Positions 1 to 9,902 are shown, counted from the stretch's first letter. The stretch is DNA of 64,000 bases from Acidobacteriota bacterium (GCA_011525365.1 WTGQ01000002.1:2524773-2588772); one strand, 5' to 3'. Notes: a model not told the origin generated them from the letters alone. Numbers and translations: made by a program.

Positions 1-591
1 GAGCCGGTGGCTGATGTAGACCGCGGCCGCTCCCCGGCGCGCCACTCCCCGCACCTGGCGGAGCAAAGCCCGCGCCTCGCGTGGCGACAGCGCCGCCGTC
101 GGCTCGTCCAGAATCAGTAGCCGGGGCTCGAGCGCCAGCGCCTTCGCGATCTCGACCGCCTGGCGGGCGCCGAGGGACAGCTCCGAACAACGGGCATCGG
201 GATCGACGTCCATCTCCAGCAGGCCGAGCAGACGCCGCGCCTCCCGCTCTTCCCAACGCCGGCGGACGATCCCCCGCCGGGACCAGCCGGCGCCGAGAAA
301 GAGGTTCTCGCGCACGCTCAATTGCGGCACCAGGCTGAGCTCCTGGTGGATCACCGCGATTCCTCGTTCGCGCGCATCCGCGGGCGACGCGAACGCGGCG
401 GCTTCGCCCTCGAACTCGATGCGGCCACCGTCCGGCCGTTCGGCGCCCGAGACGATCCGGATCAGGGTGCTCTTGCCGGCGCCGTTCTCGCCGACCAGGC
501 CCAGCACCTCGCCGGCGCGCACCGCCAGGCTCACCCCGCGAAGGGCGTCCACGCCCGGGTAGCTCTTGCTGATCCGATGGAGTTCGAGCAA
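1..591 (-). CDS. sugar ABC transporter ATP-binding protein, 5' portion; the gene continues past the window start
   Basis: Reverse-strand translation of 1-600 gives Walker [10 protein letters not shown], the ABC signature LSLGARQ and Walker [12 protein letters not shown]. It is absent from the ORF track because it runs off the window. The start, around 591, is not resolved. Confidence 0.75.
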   Translation of the reverse strand, partial: MLELHRISKSYPGVDALRGVSLAVRAGEVLGLVGENGAGKSTLIRIVSGAERPDGGRIEFEGEAAAFASPADARERGIAVIHQELSLVPQLSVRENLFLGAGWSRRGIVRRRWEEREARRLLGLLEMDVDPDARCSELSLGARQAVEIAKALALEPRLLILDEPTAALSPREARALLRQVRGVARRGAAAVYISHRL

Positions 592-614
592 GTGGCTACC
601 GGCAGGCCGAGGCC

Positions 615-1592
615 CTAGTCGAGTGTCGGATCCTGCTCGGCGTCGGCCTGCCGGTAAAGCTCCGTCGGGATCAGGTGGACACGCTCGAAGTCCTCGCCGT
701 CGAGGTAGCGCACGATGTTCTGCACCGTCATGACGCCCATCCGGTCCGGGTACTGGATCGGATCGGCGTAGATCTTCCCGTCCCGGATCGCTTCCCGTCC
801 CGCGATCTCGCCGTCGAAGCCGACGATCCTGACCTGATCCGCGCGTCCTGCCTGCTCCAGCGCGGTGCGCGCGCCCAACGCCGAGGGATCGTTGATCGCG
901 AACACGCCGGCGAGGTCCGGATAGGCCTGGATGCCGTCCGCCATCGCCCGGTAACCCTCGTCGCGCAGGCCACCGCCCTCGAGTTCGGCCACGATCTCGA
1001 TCCGTCCCTCGGTCCGATCGCGGTTGTACTCGCCGATCGCGTGACGGAAGCCGTCCACGCGCAGGACGCAGGAGTTGGCTTGCTTGAAGTGCAGCACCAA
1101 CACCTCGCCGCCGGCCTCTCCGAGCGCCTCGATCATCGCTTCGCCGGCCAGCAGCCCGCCCTGATAGTTGTCGGTGCCGACGTGACCGGCGATCTCGACA
1201 CCCTCGGCGACGGCCTGGAGGTCGGACGTGAACACCGGAACCCCGGCTTCGTTCGCCCGCCTCACCGCGGGGCCAATGGCGATCCGGTCCACCGGGTTGA
1301 GGACGATCGCGGCGACGCCGGAAGCCAGGAAGTTGTCGACCTGCTGCGACTGCCGGTTCACGTCGCGCTCGGCATCGGTGACCACGACGTCGAAGCCGTG
1401 GCGCTCGGCCTCGGCGGTCAGGTTGTCGGCGATGATCTTGAAGAACGGATTCTTGAGCGTCATCGCCGAATAGCCGATCGTCCCCCGCGCGACGCTGCCG
1501 ATTCCGTCGCTCCCGTCCATGCCGCCGCCACAGGCGCCGAGCGCGGCCAGCACAATCGCCGCCGCAGTTCCCACGAGCAAGCGCTTCATCAT
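615..1592 (-). CDS. sugar ABC transporter substrate-binding lipoprotein (periplasmic binding protein, RbsB/LacI-type fold)
   Basis: ORF 615..1727 trimmed to the MMKRLL start. It has a signal peptide with lipobox LAALGAC and is RbsB-like throughout ([30 protein letters not shown]). Confidence 0.8.
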   Translation of the reverse strand: MMKRLLVGTAAAIVLAALGACGGGMDGSDGIGSVARGTIGYSAMTLKNPFFKIIADNLTAEAERHGFDVVVTDAERDVNRQSQQVDNFLASGVAAIVLNPVDRIAIGPAVRRANEAGVPVFTSDLQAVAEGVEIAGHVGTDNYQGGLLAGEAMIEALGEAGGEVLVLHFKQANSCVLRVDGFRHAIGEYNRDRTEGRIEIVAELEGGGLRDEGYRAMADGIQAYPDLAGVFAINDPSALGARTALEQAGRADQVRIVGFDGEIAGREAIRDGKIYADPIQYPDRMGVMTVQNIVRYLDGEDFERVHLIPTELYRQADAEQDPTLD

Positions 1593-1640
1593 CGGCAGAT
1601 TGTGACACGCAACCCGGAGGAGCCGGATAGAGTCACGCGG

Positions 1641-3530
1641 ATGACCGAAACCGGTGTGTCCTCGTCGGCCGCGGCTCAGCCGCTGCTTCGGATCCGCGAA
1701 CTCCGGACCTACTTCCACGGCAAGCACGAGACGGTCCGCGCGGTCGACGACATCGATCTGACGATCCAGGAGGGCGAGACGCTCGGGCTGGTCGGCGAAT
1801 CGGGTTCGGGCAAGTCAGTGACCTCGCTGTCCGTGATGCGCCTGCTCGAGAGCACCGCGAACATCGAGAGCGGGGAGATCGCCTGGTTCGGCCGGGACCT
1901 GGTTCATTTGCCGAACCGCGACATGCGGAACCTGCGCGGCAAGGACATCGGGATGATCTTCCAGGAGCCGGGCACTTCGCTGAACCCGGTCTTCAGGGTT
2001 GGCGACCAGGTCGGAGAGGCGCTCCGCGTCCATCTCGGGATGAGCCGCCAGGAAGCGCGCCGGCGGACGATCGAGCTGTTCGAGGAAGTCGGCATCCCGG
2101 AACCGGAACGCCGTGTGGACAACTATCCGCACGAGATGTCGGGCGGCCAGAAGCAGCGGGTCATGATCGCCATGGCGCTTTCGTGCAATCCGAAGCTCCT
2201 GATCGCGGACGAGCCGACGACCGCGCTCGACGTCACGATCCAGGCCCAGATCCTGGACCTGATCCGCCGCCTGCGCGACGAGCGCGGCATGTCCATCCTG
2301 TTCATCAGCCACGACCTGGGGGTGATCGCCGAGATCGCCGACCGGATCGCAGTCATGTTCCGCGGTCGGATCGTCGAACGCGGCCGGGTGACCGAAGTGT
2401 TCAACGACCCGCGGCATCCCTACACCAAGGGGCTGCTGGCCTGCCGTCCGCACCTCGACCGCGACTTCCGGCGCCTGCCTACCGTCGCGGACTTCATGGA
2501 CGTGGAAGAGGATGACGGCGAGGGCGAGATCCGGATCACCGAACGCGAAATCACCGAAGACTCGCTGAATGAACTGGTCGGCCGCGGGCGCGGCCGCCTG
2601 CTCCATCCGCGCACCGCGCTCGAGAGCCTGGGTTACGCGGAGGATCCGGGACCCGGCGAACTCGTGCCAGGCGACACGGAACCGCTGCTCGAGGTGCGCG
2701 ACCTCAAGGTCTACTACCCGATCCGGAGCGGCTTCCTGCGCCGGCAGGTGGGCGACGTCCGCGCGGTCGACGGCATCTCCTTCGACGTCTATCCTGGCCA
2801 GACGCTCGGGCTGGTCGGAGAGTCCGGCTGCGGAAAGACGACGACGGGGCTGGCTCTGCTGCGCCTGATCGACATCACCGCCGGCACAGTCCGGTTCGAG
2901 GACCAGGACGTCACGGCGATCCCGTCGGGTCGTCTGCGGGCGCTGCGCGGCCAGATGCAGATCATCCTCCAGGATCCCTACTCGTCGCTCAACCCGCGGA
3001 TGACGGTCGAGGCGATGCTCAGCGAGGCGATGGCGATCCACAAGATCGGCGACAGCCGCAGCGACCGCCGCGACCGCGCGGCCCGGCTGCTCGAGGAGGT
3101 CGGCATGGAGACCGTCCACCTGCGCCGCTACCCGCACGAGTTCTCCGGCGGCCAGCGCCAGCGGATATCGGTTGCCCGCGCGCTGGCGGTCCAGCCCAGG
3201 CTGATCATCTGCGACGAATCGGTTTCCGCCCTCGACGTCTCGGTGCAGGCGCAGGTCCTGAACCTGCTCAAGGACCTCCAGGAGGAGCGCGGCCTGACCT
3301 ACATCTTCATCAGCCACGACCTGTCGGTGGTGAAGTTCATGTCCGACATGATGGCGGTCATGCTCGACGGCAGGATCGTCGAACAGGGGCCGTCGGAGGC
3401 GATCTACGCGGCGCCTCGCGAGGACTACACCCGCCGGCTGATCGACGCCGTCCCCGACGACTCGATCGCCAACATCGAACGCCGGCAGCAGCAGCGGAGA
3501 GAAGCGCGGAGCATGCGCGAGGCCAACTGA
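1641..3530 (+). CDS. ABC transporter ATP-binding protein with two fused ATPase domains (DppD/DppF- or GsiA-like)
   Basis: In-frame ATG at 1641. The upstream part of ORF 675..3530 is antisense to the binding-protein gene. It has two Walker A motifs ([16 protein letters not shown]), two signature motifs ([16 protein letters not shown]) and two Walker B motifs ([16 protein letters not shown]). Confidence 0.85.
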   Translation: MTETGVSSSAAAQPLLRIRELRTYFHGKHETVRAVDDIDLTIQEGETLGLVGESGSGKSVTSLSVMRLLESTANIESGEIAWFGRDLVHLPNRDMRNLRGKDIGMIFQEPGTSLNPVFRVGDQVGEALRVHLGMSRQEARRRTIELFEEVGIPEPERRVDNYPHEMSGGQKQRVMIAMALSCNPKLLIADEPTTALDVTIQAQILDLIRRLRDERGMSILFISHDLGVIAEIADRIAVMFRGRIVERGRVTEVFNDPRHPYTKGLLACRPHLDRDFRRLPTVADFMDVEEDDGEGEIRITEREITEDSLNELVGRGRGRLLHPRTALESLGYAEDPGPGELVPGDTEPLLEVRDLKVYYPIRSGFLRRQVGDVRAVDGISFDVYPGQTLGLVGESGCGKTTTGLALLRLIDITAGTVRFEDQDVTAIPSGRLRALRGQMQIILQDPYSSLNPRMTVEAMLSEAMAIHKIGDSRSDRRDRAARLLEEVGMETVHLRRYPHEFSGGQRQRISVARALAVQPRLIICDESVSALDVSVQAQVLNLLKDLQEERGLTYIFISHDLSVVKFMSDMMAVMLDGRIVEQGPSEAIYAAPREDYTRRLIDAVPDDSIANIERRQQQRREARSMREAN

Positions 3531-3564
3531 AGCGCCGGTCGAGCCGGGCCGAGCAAGCACCGAC

Positions 3565-4947
3565 ATGAGCAGCAACGGCAGTCGCTTTCCGGAAGCCCTC
3601 GTCCTCATCTTCGCGATGATCGTGGCCGCGCAGGTGCTGACCTACCTGCTGCCGGCCGGCGAGTACGAGCGCGACGGCCGCCAGGTGCTGGCCGGCACTT
3701 ACCATGCGGTGGAAGCCGCGCCTTTGCCCTGGCATGCCGCCCTGACCAAGGTGCCCCGCGGGCTCGAAGCTGCCGCCGAGATCATTTTCTTCGTCTTCCT
3801 GGTCGGCGGCGCGATCGCGGTCATCCGCGCCACCGGCGCGATCGACGCCGCGATCGGTGCCGCGATCAGGGCCCTTGGCGGGCGGCCGATCCTGCTCGTC
3901 GGCGGCATGACGACCCTGTTCGCGGTCGGCTCGTCGACCATCGGCATGGCCGAGGAGTACATGCCCTTCGTTCCGATCCTGGTTGCGATGTGCATCGCGC
4001 TCGGGATGGACGCTGTCGTGGCTCTCGGCATGGTCTACCTCGGCGCCGGGATTGGCTACGGCACCGCGGCGATCAACCCCTTCACGGTGATGATCGCCAA
4101 GGACATCGCAGGTCAGGACCCCGGCACCGGTTTCGGGCTTCGATGGGCGCTGCTGGCGGTCATGCTGGTGATCGGGATCCACCACATCCTGCGCTACGCG
4201 CGCCGCATCGAAGACGACCCGGAACGGAGCCTGGTGCGTGACATCGACTACTCCGGCGGCGGGCACAAACTGAGCGCCGCCGATCTCACGCCGGCCCGGC
4301 TCGGGATCCTGGGCAGCTTCGCCGCGATGATCGGTGTCTTCATCTGGGGCGTCAACGTGCACGGCTGGTACCTGGTCGAACTCGCGGCGCTCTTTCTGGG
4401 CGTGACGATCATCTCGGCCGTTCTCGGCCGGGTGTCGGCGAACCGGACCGCCAGGGCCTTCACCAGCGGCGCCGCGGAACTGACCGGGACCGCGCTGCTG
4501 ATCGGCTTCGCGCGCACGATCGAGGTCGTGCTCTCGGACGCGCGGGTCATCGACACCGTGATCCACGGCATCGCCTCGCTGCTCGAGCGGGCGGAAGCCC
4601 TGGGTTCCGGCGCCGCCGTCGTCGCCGCCTGGGGCATGCTGGCCGTGCAGAGCGTCTGCAACTTCCTGATTCCCTCAGGCAGCGGTCAGGCCTACGTGAC
4701 GATGCCGATCATGGCGCCGCTCGCCGACCTCACCGGGGTCGGCCGCGAGACCTCCGTGCTCGCCTACCAGCTCGGCGACGGGTTGATGAACCTGATCGTC
4801 CCCACGAACGCCCTGCTGATGGGCATGCTGCTCCTGGCGCGCATCCCCTACCAGCGCTGGCTGCGGTTCATCCTGCCCGCGATGGTCAAGCTCTACGTCG
4901 TCGCGATGCTCATCCTCGCGGTGGCGGCGCTGATGCGGTTCGAGTAG
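3565..4947 (+). CDS. YfcC family (DcuC-like) integral membrane transporter
   Basis: Collinear similarity, recalled from memory, to E. coli YfcC: PEALVLIFAMIVA, FLVGGAIAVIRATGAIDA, NFLIPSGSGQAYVTMPIMAPLADLTGV, AYQLGDG. It has many transmembrane segments. Confidence 0.8.
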   Translation: MSSNGSRFPEALVLIFAMIVAAQVLTYLLPAGEYERDGRQVLAGTYHAVEAAPLPWHAALTKVPRGLEAAAEIIFFVFLVGGAIAVIRATGAIDAAIGAAIRALGGRPILLVGGMTTLFAVGSSTIGMAEEYMPFVPILVAMCIALGMDAVVALGMVYLGAGIGYGTAAINPFTVMIAKDIAGQDPGTGFGLRWALLAVMLVIGIHHILRYARRIEDDPERSLVRDIDYSGGGHKLSAADLTPARLGILGSFAAMIGVFIWGVNVHGWYLVELAALFLGVTIISAVLGRVSANRTARAFTSGAAELTGTALLIGFARTIEVVLSDARVIDTVIHGIASLLERAEALGSGAAVVAAWGMLAVQSVCNFLIPSGSGQAYVTMPIMAPLADLTGVGRETSVLAYQLGDGLMNLIVPTNALLMGMLLLARIPYQRWLRFILPAMVKLYVVAMLILAVAALMRFE

Positions 4948-4967
4948 CCGCCGCCGGCCCGACCGCG

Positions 4968-5819
4968 CTACAGGTTCAGCTTCGCCGGCAGGTACCGGTC
5001 GATCAGCCCCTGGTAGTAGGGCCGCAGTTCTGCGGCATCCGGTGGACGATCGCTCTTGGAGTACAGGTCGTAGCCGTTGAAGAGCCGTACCCAGACGAAC
5101 ATCTCGCGGTCACGGTCGTTCATCAACTCCCGGTACGCGCCTTCGCGGTGACACGAATAGAAGGAGTGGTAGCGGATCATGTAGAGGGCCGGCTCCGGCA
5201 GGTAGTCGCTCAGCACCTGGTAGAGGTATTCGTCGTGCCCCCAGGACAGGTGAACCCGGTCCAGGCCGCAGCCCGGTTCGTACACCCCGAGAGGTGTCGA
5301 GTAGGTCGGATTCGCCGTGTCCGGGTTGCCCTCGAACAGCTCCGGATAGACGATCCGGTCTGAGAACGCACAGCCGACCGGGAACGTGTCGCCGACCACC
5401 GCCCATTGCGGCTCGCCCCACAGGCAGAGCACCTTGCCCAGGTCGTGTATCAGTCCGGCGAGCACGAACCAGTCCGGGTGGCCGTCGGCCCGGATCGCCT
5501 CCGCCGTCTGCAGCAAGTGGTCGAGCTGGGAGAGGTCCAGATCCGGATCCGAGTCGTCCACGAGAGTGTTCAGGAACTCGAGCGCCTCCCACGCCGGGAG
5601 TTCAGCCCGGTCGAGCGTGAGGTACTCCGCCTTCTTGTCCTGCACGAAGTCCCAGGTCTGGTTCCGGTGATTCAGCCGGTAGAACTCGCGCACCGTGTCG
5701 CGGGGGGGCGCCTCGAAGTCCCGGTAGTCCTCCCGCCGTTTGCCGCCCGACTCCACCGGCGTCGGATAGAGTTCGGCAACGAAGTCGTCCCAGTCGTCGA
5801 GTCGCTCGAGCGGCGCCAT
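4968..5819 (-). CDS. myo-inositol oxygenase (MIOX family, HD-domain di-iron oxygenase)
   Basis: Near-collinear match to animal MIOX motifs recalled from memory: [66 protein letters not shown]. The ORF 4968..5852 begins at a TTG, so I trimmed it to the ATG at 5819. Confidence 0.85.
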   Translation of the reverse strand: MAPLERLDDWDDFVAELYPTPVESGGKRREDYRDFEAPPRDTVREFYRLNHRNQTWDFVQDKKAEYLTLDRAELPAWEALEFLNTLVDDSDPDLDLSQLDHLLQTAEAIRADGHPDWFVLAGLIHDLGKVLCLWGEPQWAVVGDTFPVGCAFSDRIVYPELFEGNPDTANPTYSTPLGVYEPGCGLDRVHLSWGHDEYLYQVLSDYLPEPALYMIRYHSFYSCHREGAYRELMNDRDREMFVWVRLFNGYDLYSKSDRPPDAAELRPYYQGLIDRYLPAKLNL

Positions 5820-5875
5820 TGGCGATACGCTAACAGGCCGACGCCCCACCAACCTGGGGAGGACCCGACCCGAGA

Positions 5876-6229
5876 GTGCCCTACATGGTCTACAAGCTCC
5901 TGCACGTGCTGGGAGCGGTCATGGTGCTTGCCGCCGCGGGCGGCGTGGCGGTTCACGCCGCAAACGGCGGTCGCAGGGAGGACAACCAACTGCGCGGCCT
6001 GCTCGCCGCCATGCACGGAGTCGGCCTGGTCCTGAGCGTCGTAGCCGGTTTCGGGATGCTCGGCGCCAGCCTGCCCGGTTGGGCCTGGGTGAAGCTGGTC
6101 ATCTGGTTGTGCTTTGGCGCCGCACTCACGCTGCCCTACCGCAACCAGGCCCTGGCCAAGCCTTTGGTCGTCATCCTGCCGCTGCTGGCGGCGGTCGCTG
6201 CCTACCTGTCGCTGTACAAGCCGTTCTGA
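5876..6229 (+). CDS. small integral membrane protein of unknown function
   Basis: A 117-aa ORF with three to four hydrophobic segments and high-GC codon bias. I found no recognisable family. Confidence 0.45.
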   Translation: MPYMVYKLLHVLGAVMVLAAAGGVAVHAANGGRREDNQLRGLLAAMHGVGLVLSVVAGFGMLGASLPGWAWVKLVIWLCFGAALTLPYRNQALAKPLVVILPLLAAVAAYLSLYKPF

Positions 6230-6357
6230 GTAGCTGACAGGGAGCGCTGGGGGCTCCGGTCAGATTCCCGTCAGGGAAAGGTCAGGCCACCGGCCCTGCC
6301 CCCGCGGCGAGAATCAGGAATCCGGGTCAAACCCCGGCTGTTTCCATTCGTAGATAT

Positions 6358-6438
6358 GAACGGGTCTGTGCCACAAAGGGGCAAGGCACGGACCCGTTCG
6401 GCGCCGGGCGGCGCGAGCGTGTCGTACCGCCCGGCGCC
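6358..6438. terminator. two consecutive GC-rich hairpins between convergent genes, likely bidirectional terminators
   Basis: GAACGGGTCTGTGCC-12 nt-GGCACGGACCCGTTC forms a 15-bp stem with one G·U pair. It is followed by GGCGCCGGGCGG-15 nt-CCGCCCGGCGCC, a 12-bp perfect stem. There are no T-runs, as expected for a high-GC genome. Confidence 0.4.
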
Positions 6439-6470
6439 ACCTTCGCTCCGGCGACGCTTCGTACCGGGCC

Positions 6471-7367
6471 TCACAGGAAGATGCAGGTCGGACAGTCGCC
6501 CGCTGCCGCCGCCAGCGCCCGGTCCGCCTCGCACTGGTACTCCGGGCTGCTCGACCGATAGCTCCGCGTGTCGCCGCATAGCATCGTCTCGCGTTTCCAG
6601 TCGTCGTCGCCCGACCAGCGATACGGCAGCATCTTCACGGCGCCCGGCTGCTCCAGCTCCCCAACGGCCGTGAGCGCGGCGGCGACGATCTCCCGCTGCA
6701 GCGCCGGGTCCTGCGCCTTCCCTGCCGTATGACCGAGGGGATAGTCGAGGAAGACGGCGCGCGGAGGATTGACCGAGCGGGTGATCGAGAGAGCGGAAGT
6801 CAGCGACGTCGTCGGAATCCCGTCCGCCTCGACCCGGCGCGCTATCAGTCCCACGGACTGATGGCAGACCGGTCACACGGGGACGAGCAACGCCAGGTCG
6901 ACCTCGTCCTCAGCGAGCCGGCGGCTGATCTCCGGCGCCAGTGCATCCCGAACGCGGCGGGCCGAGTAGATCCCTCCCATGAAGGCGTAGGCGCGCGGCG
7001 ACAGTTCCCCGATCACGCCCTCCGCCACGAGGGTCCGCAGCGTGTCGACCGGAAAGACGACGTTCGGGTCCGCACGCGCGTCGGTTTGGTCGTAGGCGAA
7101 GTGGCTCGTCCGCAGTTCCGAAACGGGAACCGACGTATCGATCACACGCAGCGAGATGTCGTCCCGATGATGGAAGGCGACCTGGCCCGCCCGATACACA
7201 CCACCGGAGCCCACCAGCCCCACTCGGCACTCGCGGAGAGGCTTCGCCAGCTCGGTCCAGGGCGGTGGGCCATCGTTGCGCACCCATCGATAGGGATCGT
7301 GGCCCAGGCTCGAGTAGAGGTCGCGCGTACGGACGATGTGGTCCACCGGCGGTCGTCGTGTCGTCAT
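6471..7367 (-). CDS. glycine/sarcosine/betaine/D-proline reductase component-B family selenoprotein (PrdB-like). The in-frame UGA at 6873..6875 is read as selenocysteine.
   Basis: ORFs 6873..7403 and 6471..6854 are in the same frame and separated only by TGA. The joined protein is ...DEVDLALLVPV-U-PVCHQSVGLIARRVEADGIPTT... This is collinear with PrdB recalled from memory: NcmFPiDrvrELaaEGvIG...FMGG, then DAaILTaG-U-GTChR...AGIPT, then PLgdP. The ATG at 7367 has a GGGAGA Shine-Dalgarno sequence 7 nt upstream. Confidence 0.75.
6844..6862 (-). promoter_or_regulatory. candidate bacterial SECIS stem-loop immediately 3' of the in-frame UGA
   Basis: The mRNA reads UGA-CCGGUCUGCC-AUCAGUCC-GUG-GGACUGAU. 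That is an 8-bp perfect stem starting 11 nt after the UGA, which matches the spacing bacterial SelB needs. Confidence 0.5.
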
Positions 7368-7420
7368 GCCCCATTCTCCCTGGTTCACGCCATTCTGCCC
7401 CAAGATAGGATGCCCGCTGC

Positions 7421-7849
7421 ATGACGACCGAGGACTGCCGAGCGAGCGGCCGGCTCAACCTCCCCGAATCCGAGTGGCGGGCAAGACTCGGCGACGAGGA
7501 GTTCCGGGTTCTGCGGCGGGAGGCAACCGAACGCCCCTTCACTTCGGCGCTCAACCACGAGGGCCGGAGCGGCATCTTCCTCTGCGCCGGCTGCGGCGCG
7601 GAGTTGTTCCGGTCGGGTGCGAAGTTCGAGAGCGGCACCGGCTGGCCCAGCTTCTTCGAGCCCATCGCCGGAGCCGTCGACACGAAGCGGGACTTCAAGC
7701 TGATCGTCCCCCGAACCGAGTACCACTGCTCCCGCTGCGGCGGGCACCAGGGCCACGTCTTCAGCGACGGACCGGAGCCAACCGGCCTGCGTTACTGCAA
7801 CAACGGCGTCGCCCTGCGCTTCCGGCCGGCGCCGGAAAGCGAGCCGTAA
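7421..7849 (+). CDS. msrB: peptide-methionine (R)-S-oxide reductase MsrB
   Basis: Two zinc-knuckle CxxC pairs (CAGCGAEL and CSRCGGHQGHVF) and the catalytic Cys in RYCNNGVAL, which is Cys rather than Sec. Length 142 aa. Confidence 0.9.
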   Translation: MTTEDCRASGRLNLPESEWRARLGDEEFRVLRREATERPFTSALNHEGRSGIFLCAGCGAELFRSGAKFESGTGWPSFFEPIAGAVDTKRDFKLIVPRTEYHCSRCGGHQGHVFSDGPEPTGLRYCNNGVALRFRPAPESEP

Positions 7850-7886
7850 ACCCGACACGACCCCCAAGGCGGGGAGGAGTAAGACG

Positions 7887-9500
7887 ATGTCGACCAAAGC
7901 GACAACCCGCCGAGCCGGCGGAGCGATCCTCGGGGCCGGCCTCGCGCTGACGCTTGCGTGCGGCGGTGAGCAGGTCGAGCCCCTCACCACGACCGTCAAC
8001 ACGGAGCTCGGCGCGGTCGAAGGCCAGGCGCTCGAGTCCGGAGTCTTCAAGTTCGCCGGTATCCCGTTCGCGGCGCCGCCGGTTGGCGACCTCCGCTGGC
8101 AGGCGCCCCAGCCGGCTGCCGCCTGGGAGGGCAGCCGCGACGCCACGCGGTTTTCCGGTAGCTGCTGGCAGCCACTCTCCCCACCCGGTTCCTTCTACGA
8201 CACCGGCGAGATCGAGCGCAGCGAGGACTGTCTCTACCTGAACGTCTGGACCGGCGCCGAACACGCCGAAGCAGCTCTTCCGGTCATGGTGTGGATCCAC
8301 GGAGGCGGCCTCCAGACCGGCTCTGGCAGCACTCTGCTGTACGACGGGGAGAGTCTGGCCGAGCGCGGCGTCGTGCTGGTGACGATCAACTACAGGCTCG
8401 GACCGATGGGCTTCCTGGCTCACGCGGAACTCTCGGCCGAAACCGAGTCGGGAGCGTCGGGGAACTACGGCATCCTGGATCAGGTCGCCGCGCTCCAGTG
8501 GGTCCAGGCGAACATCACCGCCTTTGGCGGAGACCCGGGCCGGGTCACGATCTTCGGCGAGTCGGCCGGTTCGTGGAGCGTCAACTACCTGACCGCGACG
8601 CCGCTCGCCGCGGGGCTGTTCCACCGCGCGATCGGGCACAGCGGCGGCATCTTCTGGCCCATGCCGCAGCTTGGAGACGCGGAGTCCGAAGGTGCGCGCG
8701 TCGCGGAGCGCCTCGGCGCCGGCGACCTCGCGGCCATGCGCGCCGCCACCGCCGAGGAGGTCTACGAAGCGGCCGGTGCGTCCGAAGCGCTTGTCTTCGT
8801 CGGCCTCAGCGACGGCCACGTGTTCCCGCGCGACATCCACGATCTGTTCGCCACCGGCGAGCAGAACGACGTCGACACGATCGTCGGCTTCAACAGCGAC
8901 GAGGGGACCGCCCTGTTCGCCGGTCCCGCCGGAACCACCGTCGCCGACTACCGGCAGTTGCTCGCGGACACCTATGGCGAGCACGCCGACGCGATGTTCG
9001 CCGTCTACCCCGCCGAGACCGACGAACAGGCACGGATCGCCGCCTACGAGAACACGGCCGACCAGTTCTTCGCCTGGCAGATGCGGACCTGGGCCAGGCT
9101 GCAGAACCGCACCGGACAACGACCCGTTCGAATGTACTTCTTCTCCCGGGTACCACCATGGGACGAGGCGGACACCTACGGTTCGTACCACGCGGCGGAG
9201 ATCGCCTACGCCTTCGACAACCTCCACCTCAGCGGCGAGTTGAGGGACGACATCGGCCCCTTCAACCACGCCTGGGACGAGACCGACCGGGCGCTCGCGG
9301 ACACGATGGCGAGCTACTGGGTGAACTTCGCGGCCACCGGCGACCCCAACGGCGACGGCCTGCCCGACTGGCCCGTCTACGATCCGGATGCCGACGGCGT
9401 CCTCGAACTGGGCGACAAGATCGGCGTCATCCAGGGCCTGCTCAAGGATCGGCTGGACGCCTTCGACGCCTACTACGAGGACCTGCGCGGGAACGGGTAG
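7887..9500 (+). CDS. carboxylesterase type B family lipoprotein (para-nitrobenzyl esterase-like)
   Basis: Lipobox LTLACGG. Type-B esterase motifs EDCLYLNVW, the nucleophile elbow GESAGSWSV and VMVWIHGGG. GGAGGAG Shine-Dalgarno sequence. Confidence 0.9.
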   Translation: MSTKATTRRAGGAILGAGLALTLACGGEQVEPLTTTVNTELGAVEGQALESGVFKFAGIPFAAPPVGDLRWQAPQPAAAWEGSRDATRFSGSCWQPLSPPGSFYDTGEIERSEDCLYLNVWTGAEHAEAALPVMVWIHGGGLQTGSGSTLLYDGESLAERGVVLVTINYRLGPMGFLAHAELSAETESGASGNYGILDQVAALQWVQANITAFGGDPGRVTIFGESAGSWSVNYLTATPLAAGLFHRAIGHSGGIFWPMPQLGDAESEGARVAERLGAGDLAAMRAATAEEVYEAAGASEALVFVGLSDGHVFPRDIHDLFATGEQNDVDTIVGFNSDEGTALFAGPAGTTVADYRQLLADTYGEHADAMFAVYPAETDEQARIAAYENTADQFFAWQMRTWARLQNRTGQRPVRMYFFSRVPPWDEADTYGSYHAAEIAYAFDNLHLSGELRDDIGPFNHAWDETDRALADTMASYWVNFAATGDPNGDGLPDWPVYDPDADGVLELGDKIGVIQGLLKDRLDAFDAYYEDLRGNG

Positions 9501-9630
9501 GGGCGCCTTTGTGCTAGCGTCCCGCCATCAGGCAGTGGGTGCAGAGCTCACGCGGCGAACCAGGATGCGCCTGTAGTTCTCGTGCGTGGATCCACAGTGG
9601 AACCCCAAGGCCGAGAAACAGGAGCAGCAG

Positions 9631-9894
9631 ATGGCAACGAGAATCTACGTGGGGAACCTCCCCTTCGACACGACGGAAGAGGCGGTTCGCGCGCTGTTCC
9701 AGGCTCATGGCGAGGTGTCAGAAGTTTCGCTGATCAACGACCGTGAGACCGGCCGGCCGCGGGGCTTTGGCTTCGTCGAGATGGCGTCCGGAGGCCAGGA
9801 GGCCATCTCCGCTCTGGACCGGCAGCAGTTCGGCGGTCGCACCCTTCGCGTCAACGAAGCCCGCCCGCGCGAGGAACGCCGGCCTCGCTGGTAG
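9631..9894 (+). CDS. RNA-binding protein with a single RRM domain
   Basis: RNP2 IYVGNL and RNP1 RGFGFVEM. ATG at 9631 with an AGGAG Shine-Dalgarno sequence. Length 88 aa. Confidence 0.85.
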   Translation: MATRIYVGNLPFDTTEEAVRALFQAHGEVSEVSLINDRETGRPRGFGFVEMASGGQEAISALDRQQFGGRTLRVNEARPREERRPRW

Positions 9895-9902
9895 CTCGTC
9901 AG

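Noticed and set aside
675-3530. 951-aa ORF suggesting a giant fusion protein. Similar over-long ORFs occur at 15669..18089, 26460..27872, 38407..39768, 49965..51908, 51880..52821, 56069..57193, 59338..61449 and 62535..63446.
   Set aside because: The upstream portions are open frames running antisense through, or overlapping, neighbouring genes in this high-GC DNA. Each was trimmed to the internal ATG/GTG with Shine-Dalgarno support where homology begins. For example, 15669..18089 resolves into glpF 15844..16590 and glpK 16602..18089, which are in different frames.
1815-3608. Long antisense ORFs opposite real genes (for example 1815..3608, 7761..9269, 8291..9517, 11160..12146, 15262..16470, 16857..17714, 17830..18879, 21384..22808, 24138..25511, 42695..44296, 44037..45665, 48028..50046, 48335..49873, 50339..52096, 50436..51989, 52733..54094, 54937..56274, 57375..58307, 59608..60828, 61353..62492).
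   Set aside because: These are shadow ORFs typical of 70% GC DNA. Their translations are Arg/Pro/Gly-rich low-complexity sequence without motifs, while the opposite strand in each case encodes a protein with clear family signatures.
6271-6876. 201-aa minus-strand ORF overlapping the selenoprotein C-terminal half in another frame.
   Set aside because: Low-complexity Arg/Gly-rich translation. The in-frame partner ORF 6471..6854 carries the PrdB-like conserved blocks.
9501-9630. tRNA or small RNA genes in the longer intergenic gaps (6230-6470, 9501-9630, 10632-10721, 28648-28986, 48002-48096, 50379-50477, 56027-56140, 63447-63540).
   Set aside because: None shows a cloverleaf-compatible arrangement or GTTCRANYC T-loop. 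They contain only hairpins, palindromes or promoter-like spacers.
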